Shown piece after piece: positions 9,306 to 19,337 of a stretch of 64,000 bases of DNA. Position 1 is the first letter of the stretch, and each line of letters opens with the position of its first letter. Origin of the DNA: Desulfosoma sp. (GTDB taxonomy: Bacteria; Desulfobacterota; Syntrophobacteria; Syntrophobacterales; DSM-9756); assembly GCA_037481835.1 (NCBI GenBank), contig JBBFKW010000014.1, forward strand, positions 79,657 through 143,656, read 5' to 3'. The notes beneath the pieces were generated by a model. That model was not told where the DNA came from, did not search any database, and saw only the letters and a program-made list of their open reading frames with translations. Both the position numbers and the translations under genes were made by a program.

Positions 9306-9981
9306 AGACCTCCACCAGGTCGCCCACGCGCGCCTCCTTCCAATCGGGGATCTTGATGCCCACCTGTCGTCCCCGGGAGGCTTCCGTCACCGGGGTGCGC
9401 TCGATTTGCATGGACTGAATCCGCCCCGCATACACGGGGCCCATGGCCGAAATCACCCGAAAGGGGGCCCCCACGCGGAAGACGCCCTGTGTGATTTCGC
9501 AGCCGATGATGATCCCGCGTCGGCTGCTCTTGAAAAGCGCGATGATCGTCCCCTGGCCGAGGACTTTTTCCGTCTCCCGCGGCGTCCTCTCTTCGGCTTT
9601 GAGGGGCGCGGCACGAGCGGCGACGGCATCCACGAGCTCGTGGATGACGTCGAAGAGAAGGATGTCCACGCCCATGTCCCGGGCGGCGGCCGTGACCTTG
9701 GGGGCCGTTTCGACCCCCAAACCCAGCACCAGGCGGCTGGCCGTGGCCGCCAGCAAAACATCGGATTTGGAAACGGGCCCCACGCCGCGGTGGATCACCG
9801 CGATGGGCCGCTCGACGCTTTTGATCTTCTGCAAGGCCGCCTCGATGGCTTCACAGGTGCCCACCGTGTCCGCCTTGATGACGAGTTCGAGCGGACGGGG
9901 GACCTTCGGCGCCTTTTCCGCGCCGGCTTTCCTCTTTTCCGGAAGGGCGGTCGAGGACGGCCTCTCTTTTCTCTCCTTCAT
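9292..9981 (-). CDS. Stand-alone protein resembling the IF-2 C-terminal domains (no GTPase domain)
   Basis: VIKADTVGTCEAI..IHRGVGPVSKSDVLLA..VGIKIPDWKEARVGDLVEVYE matches IF-2 C1/C2. Confidence 0.75.
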   Translation of the reverse strand: MKERKERPSSTALPEKRKAGAEKAPKVPRPLELVIKADTVGTCEAIEAALQKIKSVERPIAVIHRGVGPVSKSDVLLAATASRLVLGLGVETAPKVTAAARDMGVDILLFDVIHELVDAVAARAAPLKAEERTPRETEKVLGQGTIIALFKSSRRGIIIGCEITQGVFRVGAPFRVISAMGPVYAGRIQSMQIERTPVTEASRGRQVGIKIPDWKEARVGDLVEVYEKA

Positions 9982-10055
9982 GGGCAAGGCCCTTCTCAAC
10001 GCGTCGGATCGGCCCCGCACCGGTGCCGTCTTTGCGGCACAGCTCGAGGATCGCG

Positions 10056-11453
10056 CTAAGGGCCGAAAACTTCCTTGGGACGCTGCGTGCTTCCCGTGGC
10101 GTTTGGGAAATCCGTCGCCTTGACCGCCTTTTGGTTGGCGGCGATGAGGTGACGGGCTTCTTCCATGAAATTATTGAACCGCTTCTTGCACTCATAGAAC
10201 CCGTGCCACCAGGAATAGTCCGGAGCCATCATGGCCGCACCCATGCGGGCCCGGCGTCCTTCGTGGTGCCAGAGTTCATAGAATTCCACTTCCAAGCGTT
10301 CATCGAAATACCGCGTGTTGTCAAGAAGTCCTTTGGCATAGAGCTCGTCCAGCACGGCCTTGGCCGGTTTGTAATAGACCTCGTTGTATTCCTGAACGAC
10401 CTTATCCAGTTTCACGTAGTGATCGTTCACCCAGGTTTTTCCGTGGCATTGCATGCACACGGCTTTCATCTTGTCCCGTTCCACCTCCCAGTTCGTCTGC
10501 GCCGGGAAGGGCTTGAACTCGGATGGCCGCACGGTCAAGGCCGCCTGAGTCTCCCAAGAAAGCCGTTCGGTCACATCGTGGGTCGTCAGCACGGCGCCGG
10601 CTCCCGACATGTGGCAGGATGCACACGTGGGCCCGCGGAAATCCACCCCCGGTGTCCAGGTTCCCGAAGCCGCCGTCCAGTTGTATTGGTCGCCGAAGGC
10701 GGTGTAGATGTCCCCGTGTTTGGATTCCATATAGATTTCGATTTGAGGATGATCCGGCCCCAGGTGGCACTGGCCGCAGGCTTCGGGCTTTCGCGCTTCC
10801 ATGACGGAAAAGCGATGTCGCGTGTGGCAGCTGGTGCAACTGCCTTTGCTGCCGTCCAGATTGACGCGACCGACCCCCACGTTGGGCCATGTGGCCGGAT
10901 CCAGCACGCCCTCTTTGATGCGCAGAACCGTGCCGTGGCAGTGGAAGCAGCCCGCTTCCCGTTCCGTGTCGCTGTTCATGCCTTGCATGAGCCAGTTGTC
11001 GACTTTCCAAATGATCTCGATGGTGTTTGCATGCTTACTGCGGCTGTACTGCTTGGCTTCGTCCGGATGACAGCGGGAACAGTCCTTGGGGGTCACGGCG
11101 GCGGCCACGGGCACCCTGTATTCCTTGGACCCGTACGGGACATCGTTGCGCTCGTATTGCTTGTAATGGCTGAGGCTCACGTCCGGATCCGTTTCTTCCG
11201 CCTGGTGGCAATCGAGGCAGGTGATGTTGGCCGAGGCATGACGGCTGTGAGCCCAATCCGTAAAGATGCCGGGATTTTCACGGCGATGGCATTCAATGCA
11301 GGCGACGGTCTCCTTGGGCATGCTCCGCTCGATGCGAAACTCCTTGGCCTTGGCCGTATTGACGGCCTGCTGAGCCAAGGCCACGGCGGCAACCAGAACG
11401 CCGACCACCATGGCGCACACCACACCTTTCCCCATCACGGTCCATCCCTTCAT
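10056..11453 (-). CDS. Octaheme hydroxylamine oxidoreductase-like cytochrome c
   Basis: Signal peptide; 8 CxxCH motifs; CGQCHLGPDHPQ, SKHG, APDYSWWHGFYE. Confidence 0.9.
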   Translation of the reverse strand: MKGWTVMGKGVVCAMVVGVLVAAVALAQQAVNTAKAKEFRIERSMPKETVACIECHRRENPGIFTDWAHSRHASANITCLDCHQAEETDPDVSLSHYKQYERNDVPYGSKEYRVPVAAAVTPKDCSRCHPDEAKQYSRSKHANTIEIIWKVDNWLMQGMNSDTEREAGCFHCHGTVLRIKEGVLDPATWPNVGVGRVNLDGSKGSCTSCHTRHRFSVMEARKPEACGQCHLGPDHPQIEIYMESKHGDIYTAFGDQYNWTAASGTWTPGVDFRGPTCASCHMSGAGAVLTTHDVTERLSWETQAALTVRPSEFKPFPAQTNWEVERDKMKAVCMQCHGKTWVNDHYVKLDKVVQEYNEVYYKPAKAVLDELYAKGLLDNTRYFDERLEVEFYELWHHEGRRARMGAAMMAPDYSWWHGFYECKKRFNNFMEEARHLIAANQKAVKATDFPNATGSTQRPKEVFGP

Positions 11454-11491
11454 GGCTCGACCTCCCTTTCCCTTCCGAAAAGGCCGCACGT

Positions 11492-12049
11492 CTAAAGCCC
11501 CAAGCCTCGATAATTGCCTTCCAGCTGCTTGTAGGCGAAGCGATCCCGGGCCACGTGGACCAGGTTGCGGTGGCAGTCCACGCAGCGTTTTTCATAACCC
11601 GGTCGAGGGTAGAGCACCGAGCGATGCGCCAACATGGCGCCTCGCTTTTCCGGCATGTAGAGGATGTTGCGGTGGCACTTCTGGCATTGGTCGTTCTTCA
11701 TGGAGGCGTAGGCCGCTTGGCGCGCCTTGGCATGGTCGTAAGCCTGCGGCCCGTCCTTGAAATGGACGAAAACGTCTTTGATGCCGTGCATGGTCTTGGC
11801 GTAGAAGAATTCCACGGTGTCGTGAGGGGCGGGCAAGTGGCAATCCATGCAGTCGGCCACAAACCCCTGGGCGTTGTTGGTGTGGGTCGATGTCTTCCAT
11901 GTGTTGTAGGCGAAGCGGATCTCGTGGCAGGAAGCGCAAAACTGGGGTGTGGATGTGCGCACCATGGTGTAGTAGGTCATGGAAAAGAGGGGAAAGGCCA
12001 AGACGACGCCCACGGCGATCCACAGCACGGCTTTCACCCACCGCTTCAT
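11492..12049 (-). CDS. NapC/NirT-family membrane-anchored tetraheme cytochrome c
   Basis: N-terminal TM; TSTPQFCASCHE plus 3 further CxxCH. Confidence 0.9.
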   Translation of the reverse strand: MKRWVKAVLWIAVGVVLAFPLFSMTYYTMVRTSTPQFCASCHEIRFAYNTWKTSTHTNNAQGFVADCMDCHLPAPHDTVEFFYAKTMHGIKDVFVHFKDGPQAYDHAKARQAAYASMKNDQCQKCHRNILYMPEKRGAMLAHRSVLYPRPGYEKRCVDCHRNLVHVARDRFAYKQLEGNYRGLGL

Positions 12050-12230
12050 AAGCGTCCCTCCCAAACGGAGTCAACGGGTGTGCGACGCCGCGTCCCCGCC
12101 TCTCAAAAGGAAGTCGGGAAAGCCGGCGCGCTCTCAAAGCCCATGGATCATGTGAAGATGCCTTCCATCTAGGCCAAAAGGCTTTTCAGGTCAACACAGA
12201 AATCTTTGTGATCCCAAGAAACGAATGGAA

Positions 12231-12246
12231 GTGAACATAAATTCAC
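12231..12246. promoter_or_regulatory. Palindromic operator GTGAA-N6-TTCAC next to a minus-strand TTGACG -35-like box upstream of the napC-like gene
   Basis: gtgaacataaattcac followed by gtcaa. Confidence 0.45.
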
Positions 12247-12355
12247 GTCAAGAGCCGTCTTCCGCCTTCCACGCCGGGTCCCGGAGGCCGCCCGCGCGAC
12301 GGGATCCATAAGAGGGGCGCACCGCCCCGGGCACCAACAAGCGGCGCATCGCCGG

Positions 12356-12946
12356 CTATGGGGAGTGTTCGATGGCTTCCGCGGTTTCCTTGTCACCGGG
12401 GCGGTTTCGCTGGAGGAGGTAGGCCGCGAGGGCTTTTCTCTCTTCGAGGGGTTTTTTCTGCCAGAGGTCGAACTTGGCCGAGATCCTCTCGGGGGTGATT
12501 TCGACGACGGCGCAGGATCGAACGGCGGGGGCATGGGCGTCCACGGGCGGCGGCTGGAGCCCCTTTTCGTGAGCGGCCACCAGGGCGTTCAAAGCGGCGG
12601 TCTTTTCCACCGGATCCTCCACGATGCGGGCTCGGCCGCGAATGACGACGCTCTTGTAGAGCTGATGGAGCCGACACGGGCCGTCCGAAGGGCGATAGGC
12701 CGCGTCCACGTAGGCCAAGGGGATATCGACCTGAAAACACACGCGGTCGTCCCGCCGCATGTTCTCCATCTTTTCGCCTTCCAAGGCCGAATGGAAATAG
12801 ATGCGCCCGTTCCAATACACGTAATTCACCGGGGTGATGTAGGGGTAGCCGTCGGCACCCGAGGTGGCCAGGCGTCCGATGGTGCAGGATTCCAGCACCG
12901 CGCGGATGGCCTCGGGATCCTTCACTTCGCACTGTTTTCTTCGCAT
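12356..12946 (-). CDS. Pyridoxamine 5'-phosphate oxidase / NimA-like flavin-binding protein
   Basis: GRLAT..YPYITPVNY..IYFHSALEGEK..YKSVVIRGRA. Confidence 0.85.
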   Translation of the reverse strand: MRRKQCEVKDPEAIRAVLESCTIGRLATSGADGYPYITPVNYVYWNGRIYFHSALEGEKMENMRRDDRVCFQVDIPLAYVDAAYRPSDGPCRLHQLYKSVVIRGRARIVEDPVEKTAALNALVAAHEKGLQPPPVDAHAPAVRSCAVVEITPERISAKFDLWQKKPLEERKALAAYLLQRNRPGDKETAEAIEHSP

Positions 12947-13217
12947 GATCGTCCCCTCTTTTCGCACACGCGCATTGGCCCTTGCCTCGGCCGCGCCGGC
13001 CGGGAAGGCCTCAAGCGGCCCGGGCACCTGGCAGAACCGAATCGGGCCGGGCTTTTCCGCCGCCGGCCGACGAACCGAGATGTAACGGATTGTCCCGGAA
13101 TGGTCCAATTTTATTGCACCCGAACGGGCTCCGATGGCATTGTTGGGTTTCCGAAGGGGCGGCTTCGGCCGCAGCCTTCGTCCCGCCCTTCAACCCGAAC
13201 CGTAAGGAGGTCCGACG

Positions 13218-14027
13218 ATGATCGACTATGGGTCCGTGCAGAGCCTGATTCAGGATGCCGTGAAGCCGAGGAGCCTTCCGCTGGCGGTGCGTTTTCTCGG
13301 CCCTGAAGAGCCCTTTCCGGAAAAGACGCGGCGACCCAAGGCCTTTCTCAAAAAACGCGTCACCATCTGCCAAGGGATCACCATGGCGCGCCTCTACGGC
13401 TGGACCGTCGGGCTTCGCAAGGAAGACATCGTGTGCGTGCCGGCGCTCATCGGCTGGGGCATGGCAGGGGTGGACAACCCCCGCGGCGAGCTGGAAAAAC
13501 TCATGCAGGCCGTAGGCTTTGCCGCCGATGGGACATCGGCTGCCGCTCAGGCGGGCGCCATGGTCTGTCCGCCTCAAGGCGCCGTGGACGGCATCCTGCT
13601 CAGCCCCTTGGGGAAAGCTCAAGAAACGCCGCACACCGTGGCCGTCTACTGCAACCCCGCCCAGGCCATGCGCCTGGTGCAAGCCCTGACCTACGGCGGG
13701 GACGGGAGGGCGCCGGCTCCCGCGGTCACGGGAAGTTTCGGCGGCAAGGTGGAATGCCTCCAATCCCTCTATGCCCCCTACGCCGTGGATGCGCCGCGGA
13801 TTGCCATTCCCGGCATGGGGGATCGGATCTTTTCCATGACCCAAGACGATGAACTGGTGGTGGCCTTTCCGGGCCGATTCTTGCCCGCACTGGCCGGAGG
13901 GCTCAAAGATGCCGGAAAGGCCATCGGCGCCCGGTATCCCGTGACGTTCTACCAGAATTTCGAGCCCGAATTTCCCGCACCGTACAAGGAGACCGCCGAG
14001 AGGCTCGGCCTTTTCGACGAGCCGTAA
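13218..14027 (+). CDS. DUF169-family protein
   Basis: RBS AAGGAGG; PLAVRF..CQ..AR..CVPAL..NPAQAMRL..GDR pattern. Confidence 0.75.
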   Translation: MIDYGSVQSLIQDAVKPRSLPLAVRFLGPEEPFPEKTRRPKAFLKKRVTICQGITMARLYGWTVGLRKEDIVCVPALIGWGMAGVDNPRGELEKLMQAVGFAADGTSAAAQAGAMVCPPQGAVDGILLSPLGKAQETPHTVAVYCNPAQAMRLVQALTYGGDGRAPAPAVTGSFGGKVECLQSLYAPYAVDAPRIAIPGMGDRIFSMTQDDELVVAFPGRFLPALAGGLKDAGKAIGARYPVTFYQNFEPEFPAPYKETAERLGLFDEP

Positions 14028-14237
14028 AGGGGAGCCTCACGCCGTGACCGTCCTGCCTCGCGCACAAGCGGGCGTGCCCGCCATGGGGAGCGCGGGCGAG
14101 GCGGACCCTGGATCACGGTAACGGAGTCTTCTGTCGAGAGACGCCGCGCCCGCTGCAGCCCAAGCCCCCAAGCGGCGGCGAAAGGCAAAGCCCTTGGAGC
14201 GTCCGCGACGAGCCGTTCCCGTTCAGGGGGAAACCCT

Positions 14238-15293
14238 CTACGGCGCAGGCGCGAAAAAGGCGCGCATGTGCTCGGCAAGTCTTTCCGGGCGCATGATCAT
14301 GATTTCGTTTTTCAGCAGCTTCTGGAAGTAATAGTCGTCCGTTCGGTAATGGGGCGTCACGTTCTGTCGATTGACGATGCGCAGGACACACGCAAAGGCG
14401 CCGTCCGTTTCGCCTAAGGGGCCGCTGTAGCAGGACAAGTTGAAGGTGGAAAATCCCAGGGCGTGGTAGCCCGAAAGGACGCCATGGAGCCCGCGGGCCG
14501 TGGCGCGCACGTCGTCCTCGCTCCAACCCAGGAAGCTGGATGCCTTGGGATAGACAGCCAGGATTTCGTTGACCCCCATGGGCGAATAGGCGGCCATCCA
14601 GTGCGTTTCATGGATCCTGGCGACGTAGCGTTGGCTTTCACGCCGTTCCTCGTCCACAAGATCGTCCCAGTAGCGGCGCCCCGTGCGCTCCTTGTAAGCC
14701 TTGGAAGCCTCCAAGAGGAGCCGGTGGTGCGTGGTCGGCTCCAGCCCGCCCAGGATCTGCAGGTGAGGGTGGATGACGCTGGCTCCTGCAGGAAAGAGAT
14801 AATTGGCGTTGATCGTGAAATAGCGGATGTTCGGGGTTTTTTCGGCGCATCGGCGGATGAAATCCAGGGCCGCGTCCAAGGCGTCGGTGAGGAGCTCTTC
14901 CGCAAACTCGTTGAGACGCCGATGATGCCGATCCCCCACCATGACCACGGCATGGTAGGCGGACAGGGGAAAGAGATTGGGGAACAAGACGGCCTCTCCC
15001 CGCACGAGCCGCCCGCCCGGGATGAGCTCGTCCGGATAGGCGGGAGTCATGGTCCGCCATTTGCCGTCGCACAAAAAGCAGGAGGCTGCCGAGGCGGCGG
15101 CCCGCTCTTCCAGGTAGCGTTCGTCGGTTGGAGGGAAAAGGATGGCCTGCTTGCCTTCCAGGGCGGCGTTGTAAATGCTTTGGTGTCCCGTGAGGGGGTC
15201 TCTCCTCACCTCGATGATCTGTTCGTCCATGTCGCCGTTTCGAAGGGGGCTGTGAAAACGCGCGGTCTCGGTCCAGGATGTCCACTGCAGCAT
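14238..15293 (-). CDS. Galactose-1-phosphate uridylyltransferase-like (GalT/HIT superfamily)
   Basis: EVRRDPLTG, CFLC, FPNLFP, AGASVIHPHLQ active-site motif. Confidence 0.8.
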   Translation of the reverse strand: MLQWTSWTETARFHSPLRNGDMDEQIIEVRRDPLTGHQSIYNAALEGKQAILFPPTDERYLEERAAASAASCFLCDGKWRTMTPAYPDELIPGGRLVRGEAVLFPNLFPLSAYHAVVMVGDRHHRRLNEFAEELLTDALDAALDFIRRCAEKTPNIRYFTINANYLFPAGASVIHPHLQILGGLEPTTHHRLLLEASKAYKERTGRRYWDDLVDEERRESQRYVARIHETHWMAAYSPMGVNEILAVYPKASSFLGWSEDDVRATARGLHGVLSGYHALGFSTFNLSCYSGPLGETDGAFACVLRIVNRQNVTPHYRTDDYYFQKLLKNEIMIMRPERLAEHMRAFFAPAP

Positions 15294-15447
15294 GGCGGTC
15301 TCTTTCCTCCTTTATCGAATTTGAGGTCATGGGCGTATAGCGCCCGCTGGCATCCGGATCCGACGCCCAAATCCGGAGTTCACCCAAAGAGGGCCCGACG
15401 AGGGGAACGGAAGGGCTCTGCCTGAAACACCGTCCCACGGGAAGGCG

Positions 15448-16065
15448 TTAACGGCAGCCCTTGTCCAAGGCCGCTCGAATTTCCAAGGCAATCTCGCGGC
15501 TCAGCGCCGCAATGGCCCGGCTGTGGGCGGCCGCCAGCGACTCATAGTCCGGCCCCTGGCATTTTTCCACGAAAACCGAGTTCTTCCCAAAACGATCCCC
15601 TTTCCCTTTTGGGAAAGTGAGGGTCCATTGGACATGCAAGGTTACGGATTCTCCGGGACGGCCGTCGAATCGGTTTACCTGAACGGCCAGCACCATGTCG
15701 GGCTCGAAGGCTGCATCATCCGGCGCCGCGACGGCTCCCGCGTCGCGGAGCTGGACATTGAGGTTTTCGATGAGCACGCGGAAAAGCTCCTTGTCCAAGG
15801 GACCGGCCCAGCGATGGTTTTCGCTGAGGCGCACCGTGTGATCTCCCGTGCGGACCAGCATCTGGGGGCGCTTCAAGATGTCCGGCACGGTCACAGGCCG
15901 GAGGGCCAGGGTCCAGCGCATGGGGATTGGCGAAGAAAATCCGCCGGGGGATAAGGGCGCCAGTGTGTAGTAGTGTAGGGGAGCACTCGTGGTGCATCCC
16001 AGGATCACTACAGCGAAAACACAAACGGCGGCCAAGGCGGCCTTGTTGCCGATCGAATCCTTCAT
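15448..16065 (-). CDS. pqiC: PqiC-family lipoprotein
   Basis: Lipobox ILGC, HYYTL, RWAGPL; follows pqiB. Confidence 0.85.
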   Translation of the reverse strand: MKDSIGNKAALAAVCVFAVVILGCTTSAPLHYYTLAPLSPGGFSSPIPMRWTLALRPVTVPDILKRPQMLVRTGDHTVRLSENHRWAGPLDKELFRVLIENLNVQLRDAGAVAAPDDAAFEPDMVLAVQVNRFDGRPGESVTLHVQWTLTFPKGKGDRFGKNSVFVEKCQGPDYESLAAAHSRAIAALSREIALEIRAALDKGCR

Positions 16066-17741
16066 TCTTCTTGTCCTTTCCCAAACAAGACGGACTGGGG
16101 ATCCCGTTCCAGGGCCTCGGCCAAAACCTTGAGAGTCCGCGAGGCCGCGGCGAATTCTTCCGCAGCCGCAATCAATCGACTGTGGAGCGGGGAGTCGGAG
16201 CGCAGGAGAGATTCTACGGCAGCGAGGGATGTGCGGGCTTGACCCAGGGCGGCGTCCATTTCGGGTGTGGTCTGGGTCCGCAGCGTTTTCAACAGAAGAT
16301 GCATTTCCTTGGAAGCCGCCTCCAGAGATTTCACCGTGTTCAAAAGATCCTGGGACGTGGTGATCCTCTTGGCTCCCTGCAGCGTATCGCGCAGATCCGC
16401 GCCGATTTGCTCCAGAGGGAGTCTATCCATCTTGTCCAGCAAGCTGGACAGCTTTGATCCAATTTCTTCCAGCGGGCTCGGCACGGTGGGAAGTTCCGCA
16501 TACCCGTAGCGCCCGCCGTGTGTGACATGGGCGGGTTGGGCGTTGGGAAAGAGATCCAGGGCCACATAGAGCTGTCCGGTGAGGACATTTCCCGAGCGCA
16601 GTTGGGCGCGAAGCCCTTGGGAGACAAGATATTCGAAGAGATTCTTCCCGCTTTCTCGGTTCGGAGCCGTTCCGACAAAGGAAATGCGCTCCGGTTCCGT
16701 GGCGATGATCACGGGGATCTTGACTTTGTTCGTGCTCAGATTGAACTCTGATCTGATGTCGATGACCTTTCCCACGGGGATTCCCCGGAATTCCACGGGC
16801 GCGCCCACGGAAAGCCCTCGCACCGACCCCTCGAAAAGCAGAACAAAATAATTGTCCGGACTGTAAGTTTTTTCGAGGGCTTTCTCTCGATTCGGGAACA
16901 GCCGAAAGACGTAATCCTCCGGGGCCTCTTCCAAAGGTTCGGGGCTTTCTTGAATGGTATCGAAAGCGATTCCGCCAGCAAGGACGGTCGCCAAAGATTC
17001 CGTGTAAAGATGGACCCCTGAGGCGTCCACCTTGAGGTCGATCCCTCCGGAGTCCCAAAACCGGGTGTTTTTCCATACGAACCTGTGGTACGGCGCGTGG
17101 ACGAAGACTTTTGCCTCGATGGTCCGGCCATCGTCTCGAAGACGGTAGGAAACCACTTCCCCGACCCGTATCTGTCTGAAGTAGACCGGCGCCCCCACTT
17201 CGAGGGATTCCTTACGCGCCGACTCGACAATGAAATGCCGTCCCGGCAATCCTGTGGTCACGATGGGGGGCTCTTCCAGGCCTGTGAAATGACGAGCGGG
17301 TTTGCCTGGCTTGCCGGGGTCCAGGTCGATATAGGCCCCGGAAAAGACGGTCCCCAAGCCGTAGATGGCCGTGGCGGATACGCGCGCCCGGGCGACCCAA
17401 AACCGCGTGTTTTCCGAAATCAGCCCTTGCGCCGATTTGACGAGTTCCGCCTTGACGAGGACATGTTGAAGATCCGGGCCCAGTTCCACCGCCGTGACCG
17501 TGCCGATATCCACATCCTTATATTTGACCTTGGTCTTTCCTGCCTCCAGTCCCTCTGCGGATTTGAACGTGATGGTGATCCTCGGCCCTCTTTCCCGAAT
17601 CCCCTTGACCACCAGCCATGCTCCGATCAAGGCGGCTACCAGCGGGACAACCCACAGCAAGGAGATGTGGAAAGATCGCTTCCTGACGGGCGCCACGGGC
17701 ATGTCTGGAATGCCGCCGTTCGATCGATCGGACTCAGTCAT
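16062..17741 (-). CDS. pqiB: PqiB intermembrane transport protein (MCE domains)
   Basis: AEGLEAGKTKVKYKDV, GAPVYFRQI, VRGLSVGAPVEFRGI, GLRAQL. Confidence 0.92.
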   Translation of the reverse strand: MTESDRSNGGIPDMPVAPVRKRSFHISLLWVVPLVAALIGAWLVVKGIRERGPRITITFKSAEGLEAGKTKVKYKDVDIGTVTAVELGPDLQHVLVKAELVKSAQGLISENTRFWVARARVSATAIYGLGTVFSGAYIDLDPGKPGKPARHFTGLEEPPIVTTGLPGRHFIVESARKESLEVGAPVYFRQIRVGEVVSYRLRDDGRTIEAKVFVHAPYHRFVWKNTRFWDSGGIDLKVDASGVHLYTESLATVLAGGIAFDTIQESPEPLEEAPEDYVFRLFPNREKALEKTYSPDNYFVLLFEGSVRGLSVGAPVEFRGIPVGKVIDIRSEFNLSTNKVKIPVIIATEPERISFVGTAPNRESGKNLFEYLVSQGLRAQLRSGNVLTGQLYVALDLFPNAQPAHVTHGGRYGYAELPTVPSPLEEIGSKLSSLLDKMDRLPLEQIGADLRDTLQGAKRITTSQDLLNTVKSLEAASKEMHLLLKTLRTQTTPEMDAALGQARTSLAAVESLLRSDSPLHSRLIAAAEEFAAASRTLKVLAEALERDPQSVLFGKGQEE

Positions 17742-18375
17742 GGATTTCCTCCCCTGCATCCCAAATGAGGCGCGGATCGAAGCTCATGGCCGCGCCCATG
17801 GTGAGGACCACCACGGCGGCGAAGAAGAGGGCCGCCGGTCCGACTTCAATGGTTGCGAGGGTCCCCAGCTTGACCATGCCCACAAGAATGGTGACAACGA
17901 AGACATCGAGCATGGACCAGCGCCCCACCGCTTCCGTGAGCAGGTACAAGCGGGTTCTGTCCCGGGGTCGAAAGCGGGAACGGCGCTGCACGGAAATGAG
18001 CAGACATGCCAAAATCAGTAACTTGAGAAGGGGGACGAGCACGCTGGCTACGAAAATGACCACAGCAATGGGCCATGAACCGGTTTGAATAAAATAAATG
18101 ACCCCGCTGAGGATTGTGTCCGACTGGGCCTTGCCCAGGGCGGTTACCGTGGTCATGGGAAGAGCGTTGGCCGGAACGTAAAAGAGGGCGGCTGCCAGGA
18201 GCAAGGCCCACGTACGGGTGATGCTGTCGGGTTTGCGGCTGTGGAGTCGAGCGCCGCAACGGGGGCACCTGCGCCTTTCCTCGGCGCCGCTTTCCGGGCA
18301 ATTCGAGCACAAGAGATGGCACACTGAGCAACTGAGGTAGCCCAGTTGCCGAGCCGTCATGAAGGAGCTCATCAT
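17734..18375 (-). CDS. pqiA: Paraquat-inducible protein A (C-terminal-half type)
   Basis: CSVCH..CPRCG, RTWALLLAA, GRWSMLDVFVV, FDPRLIWD. Confidence 0.9.
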   Translation of the reverse strand: MMSSFMTARQLGYLSCSVCHLLCSNCPESGAEERRRCPRCGARLHSRKPDSITRTWALLLAAALFYVPANALPMTTVTALGKAQSDTILSGVIYFIQTGSWPIAVVIFVASVLVPLLKLLILACLLISVQRRSRFRPRDRTRLYLLTEAVGRWSMLDVFVVTILVGMVKLGTLATIEVGPAALFFAAVVVLTMGAAMSFDPRLIWDAGEEIHD

Positions 18376-19010
18376 CGGGGGTCCTTCCACAGGGCCCACA
18401 CCGCGTGCGGGTCGAGCCCGGCATTGGCCGCGGCCGTGACGACAATGAAAGCAGCCAGGCAGTAGACGGCCGGTCCCGGCACGATCTCGGCGAGCTTGGC
18501 CAGTTTGACCAGACTCACCAGAACCGCCAGCATAAAAATCTCCAGCATATGCCACGGCTGGAGGGTCCGCACCCAGCGGAAAACGCGGAACATTCCAGGC
18601 AGCGTGCGGTTGAAAGTGGCCGGGATCAAAACGTACAAAAGAGCGAAAAGATGTGCCGCCGGGACAAGCAGCACGGTGAGTGCGACGAGAGCGGCCAAAG
18701 AGTGAGCTCCTTGCTGGCTCAGGAAATAGATGCCGGTGATGAGGTGCGTCTGGTGCACGAGGCCGGCCTTTTTGAGGGCAAGGAAGGGAAAGGCGTTGAA
18801 GAGGGCAAAGAGTACGGCCCCGGCACACGCAAGGGCCAAGGGACGCTGAAGGTCCTTGGATTGATACCGGACGAGTTCACAGCCGCAGCGCCGACACACC
18901 GCAACGGCTCCTTGGGGCCCCGGGGGCACCCTTTGCATCAGGTCGCAATGATGGCAGGCCATTAAAGACGTGTCAGACCAACGAGATATGGCGGACTCCC
19001 AAAAATCCAT
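18372..19010 (-). CDS. pqiA: Paraquat-inducible protein A (N-terminal-half type)
   Basis: ACHHCDL..CRRCG, PWHMLEIFMLAVLVSLVKL. Confidence 0.88.
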   Translation of the reverse strand: MDFWESAISRWSDTSLMACHHCDLMQRVPPGPQGAVAVCRRCGCELVRYQSKDLQRPLALACAGAVLFALFNAFPFLALKKAGLVHQTHLITGIYFLSQQGAHSLAALVALTVLLVPAAHLFALLYVLIPATFNRTLPGMFRVFRWVRTLQPWHMLEIFMLAVLVSLVKLAKLAEIVPGPAVYCLAAFIVVTAAANAGLDPHAVWALWKDPR

Positions 19011-19337
19011 CTCCAACCCCTTTGCCTTTGTTCCACCGCCGGGGCCGACAGCCGACCGTTTCGCGACCGAGCCGTGCGTCGGACCACCCTGTTTCCGGCG
19101 CACATCGACCAACGCGCCAGTCGTTGAAACGCCTCCCCATGGCCGCGGGACTGCTTTTAGGGGTCGGCCTTTTGCCTGTGCCAAGGTGGATCTAGCGCAA
19201 AAGATGGGATCCCCGCAAGGGTGGAATCCGCACGAGAGCTCGCAAAGGATCAGCTCGTCCCGGTGGGCTTTTCTGCCGTGCGGATTGTATGTTGACAAGA
19301 TTCGGAATGGATTTTCACGCCATGCCGGAGGGTCTTC

